NCBI GenBank assembly: GCA_963832745.1
Contig: CAWHVC010000003.1
Location: forward strand, 384,001 to 448,000
From: Candidatus Bathyarchaeota archaeon
GTDB taxonomy: Archaea; Thermoproteota; Bathyarchaeia; Bathyarchaeales; Bathycorpusculaceae
Direction of reading: 5' to 3'
DNA: 64,000 nt
Below are positions 19,843 to 29,352 of the stretch, piece by piece; position 1 is the first letter of the stretch, and each line of letters opens with the position of its first letter. Below the pieces are notes generated by a model that was not told where the DNA came from, made no database searches, and saw only the letters and a list, made by a program, of their open reading frames with translations. Both the position numbers and the translations under genes were made by a program.

Positions 19843-20814
19843 CTAATAGAGTGTTTTTGGCTTGTTTAAGCAGTAGCCCCAATCAGTTTTTGTTACCAAG
19901 TTAAAGCCTTCTGAGAGATAACTAGTTAGTTCTTCTTTACTTTCTGCATAAACAACGTCATATTCGTTAGACTTTATCCACGATTTGACTATGTGAACAT
20001 ACCGCAAAGTATTGTTGATGTCGCAGTGTCTAGCAAATCGTTGAGTGTCCACAATGTCCTTAGTCTTAAAGTAATGCCATGAAATAGCATAGTGCCGAAA
20101 TGTATGAAAATGAATCTTATGAAAGTCTTGATTGCCTGTTTCTTTAGCTAATCTTTGCCTATAATCAACGATGGAATCGTTAATTCCAGTGGGTTTATTG
20201 ATGTTTGAGAATATTCGCTTTTCATTTCTTGGCAATTGGATAAGCAAACCAATTAGTTCATCAGATAAGCTATAGGTTTTAGTTCTGTGCCCTTTGTTTC
20301 CTGTTATCTTTACAGATTTTGTTATCAGGTTTAGGTCACTCCAATTCAAAATCCAAGCTTCACCACTGGAGCAACCAGTTTCCACGGACAATAAAATCAT
20401 AGACCTGACATGAATAGACCTAATTCGATACACAAACTGTTTAACCATCTCAGGATTAGGCACAAACATCTCTTCATTGTCACACGCTCTAAAATTCGGT
20501 CTATTGTAAGGTATTTTCTTAAACTCTGCATACTGAGTAATCGCATCAAGACAATTTGACTTAGACTTATCACACCAAGAAGAACTTAACACTTGAGCGG
20601 TCATGTCATTTGGTGAACCTGATAGTTTAGCAAAAAACCGAAGCTTCCTACTGATACTTGAATCACGATTACCTTTAGTGAACTTTAGCCATAAACCAAA
20701 ATTCAAAAGGTCAGATTCTTTGGACTTCCACAGGTTCTTTGTTGGTGCGGAGGGTGGGATTTGAACCCACGAACCCCTGCGGGATAGGAGCCTCAGTCCT
20801 ACGCCTTTGGCCAT
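19843..20814 (-). CDS. int: Tyrosine integrase, C-terminal fragment int(C), overlapping tRNA-Leu (SSV-type partition)
   Basis: ETGCSSGE, K in GNKGH, HTFRH, ARH, TLRYVH; frame runs through the tRNA. Confidence 0.92.
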   Translation of the reverse strand: MAKGVGLRLLSRRGSWVQIPPSAPTKNLWKSKESDLLNFGLWLKFTKGNRDSSISRKLRFFAKLSGSPNDMTAQVLSSSWCDKSKSNCLDAITQYAEFKKIPYNRPNFRACDNEEMFVPNPEMVKQFVYRIRSIHVRSMILLSVETGCSSGEAWILNWSDLNLITKSVKITGNKGHRTKTYSLSDELIGLLIQLPRNEKRIFSNINKPTGINDSIVDYRQRLAKETGNQDFHKIHFHTFRHYAISWHYFKTKDIVDTQRFARHCDINNTLRYVHIVKSWIKSNEYDVVYAESKEELTSYLSEGFNLVTKTDWGYCLNKPKTLY

Positions 20815-20830
20815 GCTGGGCGACCTCCGC
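20743..20830 (-). tRNA. tRNA-Leu(GAG), CCA encoded, long variable arm
   Basis: Acceptor stem GCGGAGG/CCTCCGC-ACCA; anticodon arm TAGGA-CTGAGGC-TCCTA; T-loop GTTCAAAT; TATA-like TTTATATT at ~20863-20870. Confidence 0.97.
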
Positions 20831-21028
20831 TCTGTTGTGATGCTGTCTTGAGGCTTTTCGGAAATATAAATTAGTTGTTACATTTAAAGGCTTTACTTTG
20901 CGTGTGGAGGTTTTTGGGTAGGATTTGTTTATTACTGGGGCAGGGTTGATTGTTTTAGGGGATATACAGAAGGTTTATTTCCCGCACAGTTTATAACAGT
21001 GTTATAAAATTTGTGGTTGGCAAACAAG

Positions 21029-21955
21029 ATGACAAAAATATACAACAACGTCCTTGAAACAATCGGCAAAACACCCCTAATAAAAATTAACAATTTAACA
21101 CAAGGCCTAAACGTCACAGTAGCAGGCAAATTTGAAGCCAGAAACCCAGGCGGAAGCGTAAAAGACCGCATCTGCAACGCCATGATTGAAGAAGCAGAAA
21201 AACAAGGCCTACTCAAACCCGGCGCAACCATAATAGAACCAACAAGCGGAAACACCGGCATCGGCTTAGCCATGGTAGCCGCAGTAAAAGGCTACAAACT
21301 TATTCTAACAATGCCAGAAACCATGAGCATCGAACGCCGAAACCTACTCAAAGCATACGGTGCACAACTCGTCCTAACCCCGGGAACAGACGGGATGGCT
21401 GGCGCAATAAAAAAAGCAGAAGAACTCCTTGCAAACACACCCGGTTCGTTTATGCCGCAGCAATTCAAAAATTTAGCTAACCCAAAGGTTCACCGTGAAA
21501 CTACAGGGCCAGAAATTTGGGCTGACACAGACGGCAAAGTAGACATTGTCGTTGCAGGCGTCGGTACAGGCGGAACCATAACGGGCATTGCAGAGTACAT
21601 CAAACCGCTTAAAGCTGATTTTAAAGCAGTCGCTGTTGAGCCAGCAGGTTCACCAGTACTAAGTGGAGGCAAAAAAGGTCCACACAAAATACAAGGCATT
21701 GGCGCAGGTTTTGTTCCAGATGTACTTAAACTGGATTTGGTTGACGAAATCTTCAAAGTAGCAGATGATGACGCTCTTAAAACGGCTAGGCAGCTTGCTC
21801 AAAAAGAAGGCTTACTAGTAGGCATTTCTGCTGGTGCAGCCGTGTTTGCAGCCATCGAAATCGCTAAACGCCCTGAAAATAATGGCAAATTGATTGTTGC
21901 AATTTTGCCAGATACCGGAGAAAGATACCTAAGCACCCCATTATTCCAAGAATAA
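21029..21955 (+). CDS. cysK: Cysteine synthase A (O-acetylserine sulfhydrylase)
   Basis: [40 protein letters not shown]. Confidence 0.97.
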   Translation: MTKIYNNVLETIGKTPLIKINNLTQGLNVTVAGKFEARNPGGSVKDRICNAMIEEAEKQGLLKPGATIIEPTSGNTGIGLAMVAAVKGYKLILTMPETMSIERRNLLKAYGAQLVLTPGTDGMAGAIKKAEELLANTPGSFMPQQFKNLANPKVHRETTGPEIWADTDGKVDIVVAGVGTGGTITGIAEYIKPLKADFKAVAVEPAGSPVLSGGKKGPHKIQGIGAGFVPDVLKLDLVDEIFKVADDDALKTARQLAQKEGLLVGISAGAAVFAAIEIAKRPENNGKLIVAILPDTGERYLSTPLFQE

Positions 21956-22044
21956 CCAAAAAAGCCTCAACATATTTTGTGTTGTTTACGCTTTTTTTAT
22001 ATTTACCTTTAATCTACTAGTAGAAAAAATGGGAAGCAGAAAAC

Positions 22045-23100
22045 ATGGAACCCAAAGCTAACCAGCCCAGCTCTAAAAACTGTGAAGAATGCAAACAAAG
22101 AAGAAGCGGCGAATATGATTGCTGGAACCCAGACAAAATGATTGAAGCACTTATGAAAAATCACGATCAGGGTGAGGAGCATTGGGTTGAAAACGGCTTA
22201 CCCAATCTTGTAGACAAGATAGTGACAAACTATCACACTTTTGGCGGGATGGACCATCTAGAAGGCAGAGATTTGCCATCCAAAAAAGTCGTCATCGAAG
22301 TTTTAGATGACATCTTCACAGTTCTGTTTCCAGGCTATTTTGGCGATTCCGAAATCAGCAAAGCCAACATAAAATATCATTTAGGAACTAAATTAACATC
22401 CATATACACACGTTTAACCATCGAGATAGAAAAAAGCCTCAAATACATATGCAGAAAAATCAGCGAATGCCCACAAGACATATGCCAAAAACGTGCACAC
22501 GTGGTCGTTAAAGAACTTCTTGAAGCATTACCTGAAATCCGTTCAACACTTAGCAGCGATATAGAAGCAGCATACAACGGTGACCCAGCCGCGGTAAGCA
22601 CAGACGAAGTTATCCTAAGTTACCCGTGTGTAATGGCAATCACAACTTACCGGTTAGCACATGAACTTTACATCCGCTGTGTACCGTTAATTCCAAGAAT
22701 AATGAGTGAACACATGCATTCCCTAACAGGCATCGATATTCATCCAGGCGCAAAAATTGGCAAAAGCTTCTTTATCGACCATGGCACGGGGGTTGTTATC
22801 GGTGAAACCGCAGAAATCGGCGAGAACGTGAAACTTTATCAAGGCGTAACCTTGGGTGCATTGAGCTTTCCTAAAGATGAAAAGGGCAACATCATCAAAG
22901 GCCGTAAACGACACCCCACAATCGGCAATAACGTTGTCATTTATAGCGGTGCAACTTTGCTGGGAGGAGACACAGTCATTGGGGATAACGTGGTGATTGG
23001 TGGAAACACTTGGATAACCACTTCAGTGGAAGCAGGCACCAAAATTACTAGGGGACCTGAAGAGTCCACTTACAAGAAAGAAAAGAATCATGACCATTAA
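22045..23100 (+). CDS. cysE: Serine O-acetyltransferase
   Basis: DPAA, TGIDIHPGAKIG, FIDHGTGVVIGET, KRHPTIG. Confidence 0.95.
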   Translation: MEPKANQPSSKNCEECKQRRSGEYDCWNPDKMIEALMKNHDQGEEHWVENGLPNLVDKIVTNYHTFGGMDHLEGRDLPSKKVVIEVLDDIFTVLFPGYFGDSEISKANIKYHLGTKLTSIYTRLTIEIEKSLKYICRKISECPQDICQKRAHVVVKELLEALPEIRSTLSSDIEAAYNGDPAAVSTDEVILSYPCVMAITTYRLAHELYIRCVPLIPRIMSEHMHSLTGIDIHPGAKIGKSFFIDHGTGVVIGETAEIGENVKLYQGVTLGALSFPKDEKGNIIKGRKRHPTIGNNVVIYSGATLLGGDTVIGDNVVIGGNTWITTSVEAGTKITRGPEESTYKKEKNHDH

Positions 23101-23122
23101 AAAACGAAAGTTAATTGCTTTA

Positions 23123-23599
23123 TTATAGCAATCTAAAGTTTTCTTTTACAGTCGTTAAAACTACATGGGTGTTAGTTCGCTCAATGTAGGGTAACGCTAG
23201 CAAACGTTTTGTGAAGGCACCAAGGTCTTCTCTGCTTTTGAATTTGGCTATGATAACAGCGTCAGTTGAACCAGTAACGTCATAGACTCCGCAGACACTT
23301 GGAATTTTTGCTATTTCCATTTCCATCTCAAGCAACCTTCCTTTGGATACAGTAATTTCTGTTACAACAGTCAATTGGTAACCAAGTTTTTCATGGTCCA
23401 AAGTAACAGAGTAACCTTTGATGAGGCCATCGTCTTCCATTTTTTTGATTCTAGACAAAACTGTGCCAACAGATACCCCAACGTTTTTGGCTATTTGTCT
23501 GCTTGAGAACCTTGCGTCCTCTAAGAGGCTTTTGAGAATTTTAACATCTGTTTCATTTAGCTCCAAATCCAAGACTTCCCTGTACGTTCTTCCAGCCAA
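23123..23599 (-). CDS. Lrp/AsnC family regulator
   Basis: D..IL..L.EDAR HTH, RIKKME.GLIKGY, VTGSTD. Confidence 0.95.
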   Translation of the reverse strand: MAGRTYREVLDLELNETDVKILKSLLEDARFSSRQIAKNVGVSVGTVLSRIKKMEDDGLIKGYSVTLDHEKLGYQLTVVTEITVSKGRLLEMEMEIAKIPSVCGVYDVTGSTDAVIIAKFKSREDLGAFTKRLLALPYIERTNTHVVLTTVKENFRLL

Positions 23600-23772
23600 A
23601 TTAATGTTTTCGAAACATACTTCTTGATATTCACGTGGTTATATTTATAAAAGTTTAGTTTTAGAGTATGAAATAGAACGGTGAAATTATGGTACACGGC
23701 ATTTGGCTGTGTTAAGTAAATTCATAGTAACGTTAAATTAGCAGGGTTAGTCCCAATAGTGAGATTGAGAAA

Positions 23773-25323
23773 ATGCAAACCAAAGTTGACACTATACTAG
23801 TACTTGACTTCGGAGGGCAATACTGCCACTTAATCGGCAGAAGAATCAGAGAACAAAGCGTTTACTCCGAAATTGTTCCCCATGACATTTCGCCTGAAGA
23901 AGTCAAAGCCTTAAACGAAAAATTCAATGTTAAAGGCTTAATTTTATCCGGTGGACCCTCAAGCGTTTATGGACCAAACGCGCCAAAACTACACCCAAGA
24001 ATTTTGGAGGTCAACCTGCCAATTTTGGGTTTATGCTATGGACACCAGATTTTGGCTCAGTTAACCAAAGGAAAAGTTGAACCTGCAACCTGCAAAGAAT
24101 ACGGCATAGCCTATGTAAGCATAGACAAAGCCGAAGGCGTTCTTGAAGGCTTAAGCAGCAAAGAGAAAGTTTGGATGAGCCACGGCGACACCGTCTGCAG
24201 TTTGCCAGACGATTTCGAATCTTTAGCCCACACCAATAACTGCCCCGTTGCAGCTTTTAGGCATAAACAGAAACCCATCTACGGCATTCAATGGCACCCA
24301 GAAGTAATACACACTGAGAACGGCGCCCGCATGCTACACAATTTCATCTTTAACGTTTGCAAATGTGAACCTAACTGGCAAATGGAAGATTTAATCGAAA
24401 AGATGGTTCAAGAACTAAAAACCGAAGTAGACAACGGAAGCGCCATTATTGGTTTAAGTGGCGGAATCGACTCAAGCGTAGCCACAGCCCTTGCGGCTAA
24501 AGCATTAAACGAGAAATTAACCGCAGTCTACGTTGACCATGGGTTTATGCGGGAAGGCGAAACTGAAGCCATACGAGAAACCTTTAGCAAATTCAAAATT
24601 AACTTCATCGTAGCAGACGCCCATGAAAGATTCATCAAAAAACTCCAAGGCGTAACTGACCCTGAACGCAAACGAAAAATCATCGGTGAAGAATTCATCC
24701 GTGTGTTTGAAGAATACGCCGTCAAATCCGGCGCCCAATACCTAATTCAAGGAACTATTTATCCTGACCGCATAGAATCTGGCTTCCGCAAAAATAGCGA
24801 CGTAATAAAAAGTCACCATAACGTAGCCGGTTTGCCTGAAAAAATTGAGTTCAAAAAAATCCTTGAACCCTTACGGGACTTATACAAAGATGAAGTACGC
24901 AAAGTTGCAAAAATGTTGGGGTTACCAAATGAGCTTGTAAACCGGCAGCCGTTTCCAGGTCCAGGCTTAGCAGTTAGAATTATTGGTCCTTTGACTGAGG
25001 AAAAGGTTAGAGTTGTTAAGCATTCTGATAAGATTGTTCGGGATGAAATCGAGGCGGCTGGTTTAGCGGAGAGTCTTTGGCAGTATTTTGCAGTGGTTAC
25101 TGATACTAAAGCTACAGGCGTTAAGGGTGATGCAAGAGCTTACGGTTACGTGGTTGCGGTACGAGTTATGGAAAGTCGTGAAGCCATGACTGCAAGCTTT
25201 GCTAAACTTCCCTATGAGGTGCTGGAAAAGATTTCGACGCGAATAACTAACGAGGTGCCAGAGGTTACTCACGTAGTTTATGATATAACTCACAAGCCGC
25301 CAGCAACAATCGAATGGGAATAA
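23773..25323 (+). CDS. guaA: GMP synthase (glutamine-hydrolysing), fused A+B
   Basis: DFGGQY, GLCYGHQ, WHPE, SGGIDS, KSHHN, KPPATIEWE. Confidence 0.98.
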   Translation: MQTKVDTILVLDFGGQYCHLIGRRIREQSVYSEIVPHDISPEEVKALNEKFNVKGLILSGGPSSVYGPNAPKLHPRILEVNLPILGLCYGHQILAQLTKGKVEPATCKEYGIAYVSIDKAEGVLEGLSSKEKVWMSHGDTVCSLPDDFESLAHTNNCPVAAFRHKQKPIYGIQWHPEVIHTENGARMLHNFIFNVCKCEPNWQMEDLIEKMVQELKTEVDNGSAIIGLSGGIDSSVATALAAKALNEKLTAVYVDHGFMREGETEAIRETFSKFKINFIVADAHERFIKKLQGVTDPERKRKIIGEEFIRVFEEYAVKSGAQYLIQGTIYPDRIESGFRKNSDVIKSHHNVAGLPEKIEFKKILEPLRDLYKDEVRKVAKMLGLPNELVNRQPFPGPGLAVRIIGPLTEEKVRVVKHSDKIVRDEIEAAGLAESLWQYFAVVTDTKATGVKGDARAYGYVVAVRVMESREAMTASFAKLPYEVLEKISTRITNEVPEVTHVVYDITHKPPATIEWE

Positions 25324-25474
25324 ACTTCCCAATTTTTAATATTTTTACGCTTAAAAAGTCAATAGCACCTGTTCTCTTAGAAAAAAATTTTGCTTAAGCC
25401 CTTTAGCCTTTGACCTATTAGCGTTTCTCCATACCAGTTTATATAAAAACTTAGCATAGTGTAATTTATCTAAG

Positions 25475-26572
25475 GTGAATTATCTGAAGGCAGTGATTTT
25501 AGCAGGCGGATTTGCAACACGACTAAGGCCATTAAGCTGTAGCAGACCAAAAACGCTTTTTCCAATAGTTAACAAGCCGTTGCTACAATGGATTTTTGAA
25601 GGACTCGCTGCCAACGAAATAAATGAAGCGGTCTTAGCGGTTAACGCGTTAACTCAGTTTCACATAAAACAACAAAAAACGCCTAAATGCGGCTTAAAAA
25701 TCAAGTATGCAATTGATCCACCCAAGACGCCGCTGGGAACCGCTGGACCAATAAAGAACGCGGAAAAAATAGTCGGCCATGATGAACCGTTTGTTGTTTT
25801 GAATGGAGATATATTTGCTGACATTAATTATAAGCAGTTGCTTGATGTGCATACAAAAACCGGCGCGTTAGCAACTATTGCTTTGTGCAAAGTTGACGAC
25901 CCCTGCAGGTATGGTGTTGCAGAACTTGAAAACGGAAACTGTATCAAAAACTTTATTGAAAAGCCAGCCAAAGGGCAAGAACCAACCAATTTAATCAATG
26001 CGGGAGTTTATGTTTTAAGCCCAAAAGTTTTCGATTACATTCCTAAATGTAAACAATGCTCGATGGAGCGTGAAGTTTTTCCGGCGCTGGCAAAAGAACA
26101 CAAACTTTTCGGGTACATGATAGATGGGTTATGGATGGATATAGGTAAACCAGAAGAGTACCTGTTAACCAACAAGATAATCTTAGACAACAAAGCAATG
26201 GCTAACCAGCTAAAGGTGCCTAAAAAATTTCAAGTTAAAATGCCGGTAGCAATAGATAGAAATGTAGCTATAGGCGAAAAATCAGTTATCGGCCCCTACG
26301 CAGTTTTAGGCAAAAACGTCATTGTTGGCAATAATGTACAGATTTGTAATTCTGTAATTTTCCCAGACGCAAAAATCAGTGACAATGCAATAGTTGACGG
26401 CGCAATAGTGGGTGAGGGCGCAGTAATCGGTAAAAATGCTCAAATTAACAATGGTTGTATTGTTGCTGACCAGGTTAAAATCAGAGACAACATCAGTTTA
26501 ACCAGGGATTCAGCGGTTTGCCCTGCTAAGGAGATATCTGAAACTATTTTAAAAAGAAACATCATCTGTTAA
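25475..26572 (+). CDS. NDP-sugar pyrophosphorylase (mannose-1-P guanylyltransferase-like) with hexapeptide repeats
   Basis: LAGGFATRLRPL..PK, GTAG, NGD, EKP, WMDIG. Confidence 0.92.
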   Translation: MNYLKAVILAGGFATRLRPLSCSRPKTLFPIVNKPLLQWIFEGLAANEINEAVLAVNALTQFHIKQQKTPKCGLKIKYAIDPPKTPLGTAGPIKNAEKIVGHDEPFVVLNGDIFADINYKQLLDVHTKTGALATIALCKVDDPCRYGVAELENGNCIKNFIEKPAKGQEPTNLINAGVYVLSPKVFDYIPKCKQCSMEREVFPALAKEHKLFGYMIDGLWMDIGKPEEYLLTNKIILDNKAMANQLKVPKKFQVKMPVAIDRNVAIGEKSVIGPYAVLGKNVIVGNNVQICNSVIFPDAKISDNAIVDGAIVGEGAVIGKNAQINNGCIVADQVKIRDNISLTRDSAVCPAKEISETILKRNIIC

Positions 26573-26592
26573 AACGTGCAAGGTCGATTTAG

Positions 26593-27960
26593 ATGAGTAC
26601 AAGAAAACTTTTTGGAACAAACGGCGTGCGAGGACTCGCCAACGTTGAATTAACTCCTGACATGGCTGTTAAAGTTGGTTTAGCTATTGGAACCTTCTTT
26701 GGAAAGAAAAACCTTCTTCTTGGGTATGACGCAAGAACTAGCGGTCCAATGCTGGCTAGAGCAGTAATTTCAGGTTTAACTTCAACCGGCTGCAACGTGT
26801 ATTTTGTCGGAATGGGGCCCACGCCTTCACTTCAATTTGCCGTTAAAAATCATAAAATGGACGGTGGAGTCATCATTACTGCTTCACATAATCCTGCTCA
26901 ATACAATGGCATTAAAGTCATTTGGAGCGACGGCATAGAAACCTCACACGAGCAGGAAGAAGAAATAGAAAAAATCTATTTTGAAAACAAAATCAGTTTT
27001 GCTCCCTGGGACAAGCTGGGAGAACTACGCGAACTTCCTGGCATAAACGATGAATACATCGCCGCCATCAAAACCCATGTTAACCCAGAAAAAATCGCCC
27101 AAAAACACTACCATGTAGTAATTGACGCAGCAAACAGCGTCGGAGGATTAACCGCGCCACCCCTAATGCGTGATTTGGGCTGCAAAGTAACCAGTCTAAA
27201 TGCAAACATTGATGGTACGTTCCCTGGTAGACAGCCTGAGCCGCGCCCGGAAAGCCTTGGCGAGTTAGCTGCAATCGTAAAAGCTATCGGTGCAGACATG
27301 GGAGTAGCCTTTGACGGCGACGCTGACAGGTCAATCTTTGTTGGTGAAAACGGCGAAATCTACATGGGCGACAAAACCTTTGCAATCGTGTTAAAACAGT
27401 ATCTTCTGAAAAACAAGGGCGCCACAATTGTTACCCCAGTTAGCTCATCGACTCTAATTAAAGACACTGCAGACGCTTACGACGGCAAAATAGAGTGGAC
27501 AAAAGTAGGCAGTGTAACAGTTTCACAACGAATGAAAGAAGTAAACGCAAAATTGGGCGGTGAAGAAAACGGCGGAATATTTTATGGGCCACACCAAGCG
27601 GTAAGAGACGGCGCCATGACAACTTCGCTGATTCTGGAAATCATGGCTGAAACAGGCAAAAAGCTCTCCGAACTCGTCGCTGAGCAACCGCAGTACTTTA
27701 TTGAGAAAGGCAAAATCGAATGTCCTGATGAAAAGAAAGCTGCCCTGCAAACAAAGATTTACGAGCAAGTTAAAAACGAGAATGTCAGCACAATTGACGG
27801 CGTAAAGATTTGGTTTAGTGATAAAAGCGCAATTTTGATTAGACCAAGCGGTACGGAACCAGTGTTTAGGCTGTATGCTGAAGCAAAGGATAAAGAAAAA
27901 GCATTAAAGCTAGTTGAAGAGTACAGTTCAAGGCTTAAAGAACTACTCCAAACTATTTAA
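26593..27960 (+). CDS. glmM: Phosphoglucosamine mutase / phosphomannomutase
   Basis: FGTNGVRG, TASHNP, DGDADR, RPSGTEP. Confidence 0.9.
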   Translation: MSTRKLFGTNGVRGLANVELTPDMAVKVGLAIGTFFGKKNLLLGYDARTSGPMLARAVISGLTSTGCNVYFVGMGPTPSLQFAVKNHKMDGGVIITASHNPAQYNGIKVIWSDGIETSHEQEEEIEKIYFENKISFAPWDKLGELRELPGINDEYIAAIKTHVNPEKIAQKHYHVVIDAANSVGGLTAPPLMRDLGCKVTSLNANIDGTFPGRQPEPRPESLGELAAIVKAIGADMGVAFDGDADRSIFVGENGEIYMGDKTFAIVLKQYLLKNKGATIVTPVSSSTLIKDTADAYDGKIEWTKVGSVTVSQRMKEVNAKLGGEENGGIFYGPHQAVRDGAMTTSLILEIMAETGKKLSELVAEQPQYFIEKGKIECPDEKKAALQTKIYEQVKNENVSTIDGVKIWFSDKSAILIRPSGTEPVFRLYAEAKDKEKALKLVEEYSSRLKELLQTI

Positions 27961-27996
27961 CATCCTTTTTTAGGCCACAAAACAATAGGGGGGTAA

Positions 27997-29352
27997 ATGC
28001 CCAACATGCCTTCAGTGTTAAACCTACAACCGCAAGATTTAGATTCAAAAGAGAAACGTTCCAAGTACGCAGTCAGCATTATCGGGTGTGGGCAAATTGG
28101 GATACTTTACGCAGAAGCTTTCGCAGAAGCAGGCTACAAAGTTACATGCAGCGACGAAAACCAAAGCCTGCTAAAACGGTTAACGAAAGCCAAAAACTGC
28201 TGCGCAAACCCCGAAGTCGAAACACAACTAAAAAAACACATTAACCAAGGCAACTTGACCACTTCAAATGTGCGAAAAAACACTGTTTCCCAGAGCGACA
28301 TCATAGTTTTAGCCATTAATGTTCGGATGGATAACAAGAAAAATTCTGACACAAACGAACTGGAAATGGCGTGTAAACAGATTGGCGCCGCTTTAAAGAA
28401 GGGTTCACTGCTGATTTATGTAGGCATCGGCGGCTTTGGCTCAACGGAAACCTTGCTAAAAGAAACCCTTGAAAACACTTCAGGATTAAAAGAAGGCAAA
28501 GACTTCCTTTTAGCTTATAATCCGCTGCATTTTTCCAAAACGCATTTAATCAAATCTCTTGAAAATATAGAGTTAATTATTGCCTCAGCAGACCAGCAGA
28601 GTTTAGATGCGGCAGCAATCGTTCTAAAAACGTTAACGCCTAAAGTTAAACAGACAAGCCAAGTTAAACTTGCAGAACTTGCCGTGCTCTTCAAAGTAGC
28701 GCAACATGACGCATGTATGGCTTTGGCTAATGAGTTGGCGGTTTTCTGCGAAAATGCTGGAATGGACTACTTTAACGTTCAAGAACTAGTCAGCAATGAA
28801 GATTCAAGTTTTTGCCCTACGATTGCTGAAGAGGAAAACAGGAAAGAAACATATCTGCTGATCGAAAGCGCAGAAAACCTAAACGTTAAACTGCGTTTGC
28901 CGCTGCTAAGCAGACAAATTAATGAGGATATGGTTAAGCATGCAATCAATCTTACCCAAGAAGCCCTAAGGAGTTGCGACAAAAGCTTAAGAAGAGCAAG
29001 AGTTGCCGTGCTTGGAACAGCCAACCAGAACACTGCAACATCAGAATACATCAAATCGGCAACTACTAAAGGCGCTAAAATCACGCTTTATGATCCGCTT
29101 CTGGCTAAAAATGAAACGCTGGAGCCCACGCCAATTTTAAAGAGGAGTTTAAGTGAAACCGTTGAGGGTGCAGACTGCCTTGTAATTTTAACGGGACAGG
29201 AACAGTTTAAACGGTTAAACCTCAAAAAACTTAGGACAGTTATGAAGAGCCCTGCTGTACTTGTAGATTTAATAGGAATAACTAACCCGAAAAAGGTGCA
29301 GGCAGAAGGCTTCATATATTGTGGAATAGGAAGAGGAATGGATAAACCTTGA
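27997..29352 (+). CDS. UDP-sugar dehydrogenase (WecC/Ugd)-like protein lacking catalytic residues
   Basis: GCGQIG Rossmann and overall domain order retained; PER, catalytic Lys and GGHC motifs absent. Confidence 0.75.
   Translation: MPNMPSVLNLQPQDLDSKEKRSKYAVSIIGCGQIGILYAEAFAEAGYKVTCSDENQSLLKRLTKAKNCCANPEVETQLKKHINQGNLTTSNVRKNTVSQSDIIVLAINVRMDNKKNSDTNELEMACKQIGAALKKGSLLIYVGIGGFGSTETLLKETLENTSGLKEGKDFLLAYNPLHFSKTHLIKSLENIELIIASADQQSLDAAAIVLKTLTPKVKQTSQVKLAELAVLFKVAQHDACMALANELAVFCENAGMDYFNVQELVSNEDSSFCPTIAEEENRKETYLLIESAENLNVKLRLPLLSRQINEDMVKHAINLTQEALRSCDKSLRRARVAVLGTANQNTATSEYIKSATTKGAKITLYDPLLAKNETLEPTPILKRSLSETVEGADCLVILTGQEQFKRLNLKKLRTVMKSPAVLVDLIGITNPKKVQAEGFIYCGIGRGMDKP

Larger units (their letters stand above)
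4583..20796. mobile_element. Composite integrated element (cryptic plasmid-like) in tRNA-Leu(GAG); sub-units of ~4.3 kb and ~11.8 kb separated by an inner att
   Basis: Direct att repeats, tyrosine integrase, ATPase plus primase, visibly AT-richer than the flanks, no recognisable capsid or conjugation genes. Confidence 0.93.

Noticed and set aside
4583-20796. CRISPR array suggested by three copies of the same sequence
   Set aside because: Copies are kilobases apart and tRNA-derived; no regular repeat-spacer units or cas genes anywhere in the window
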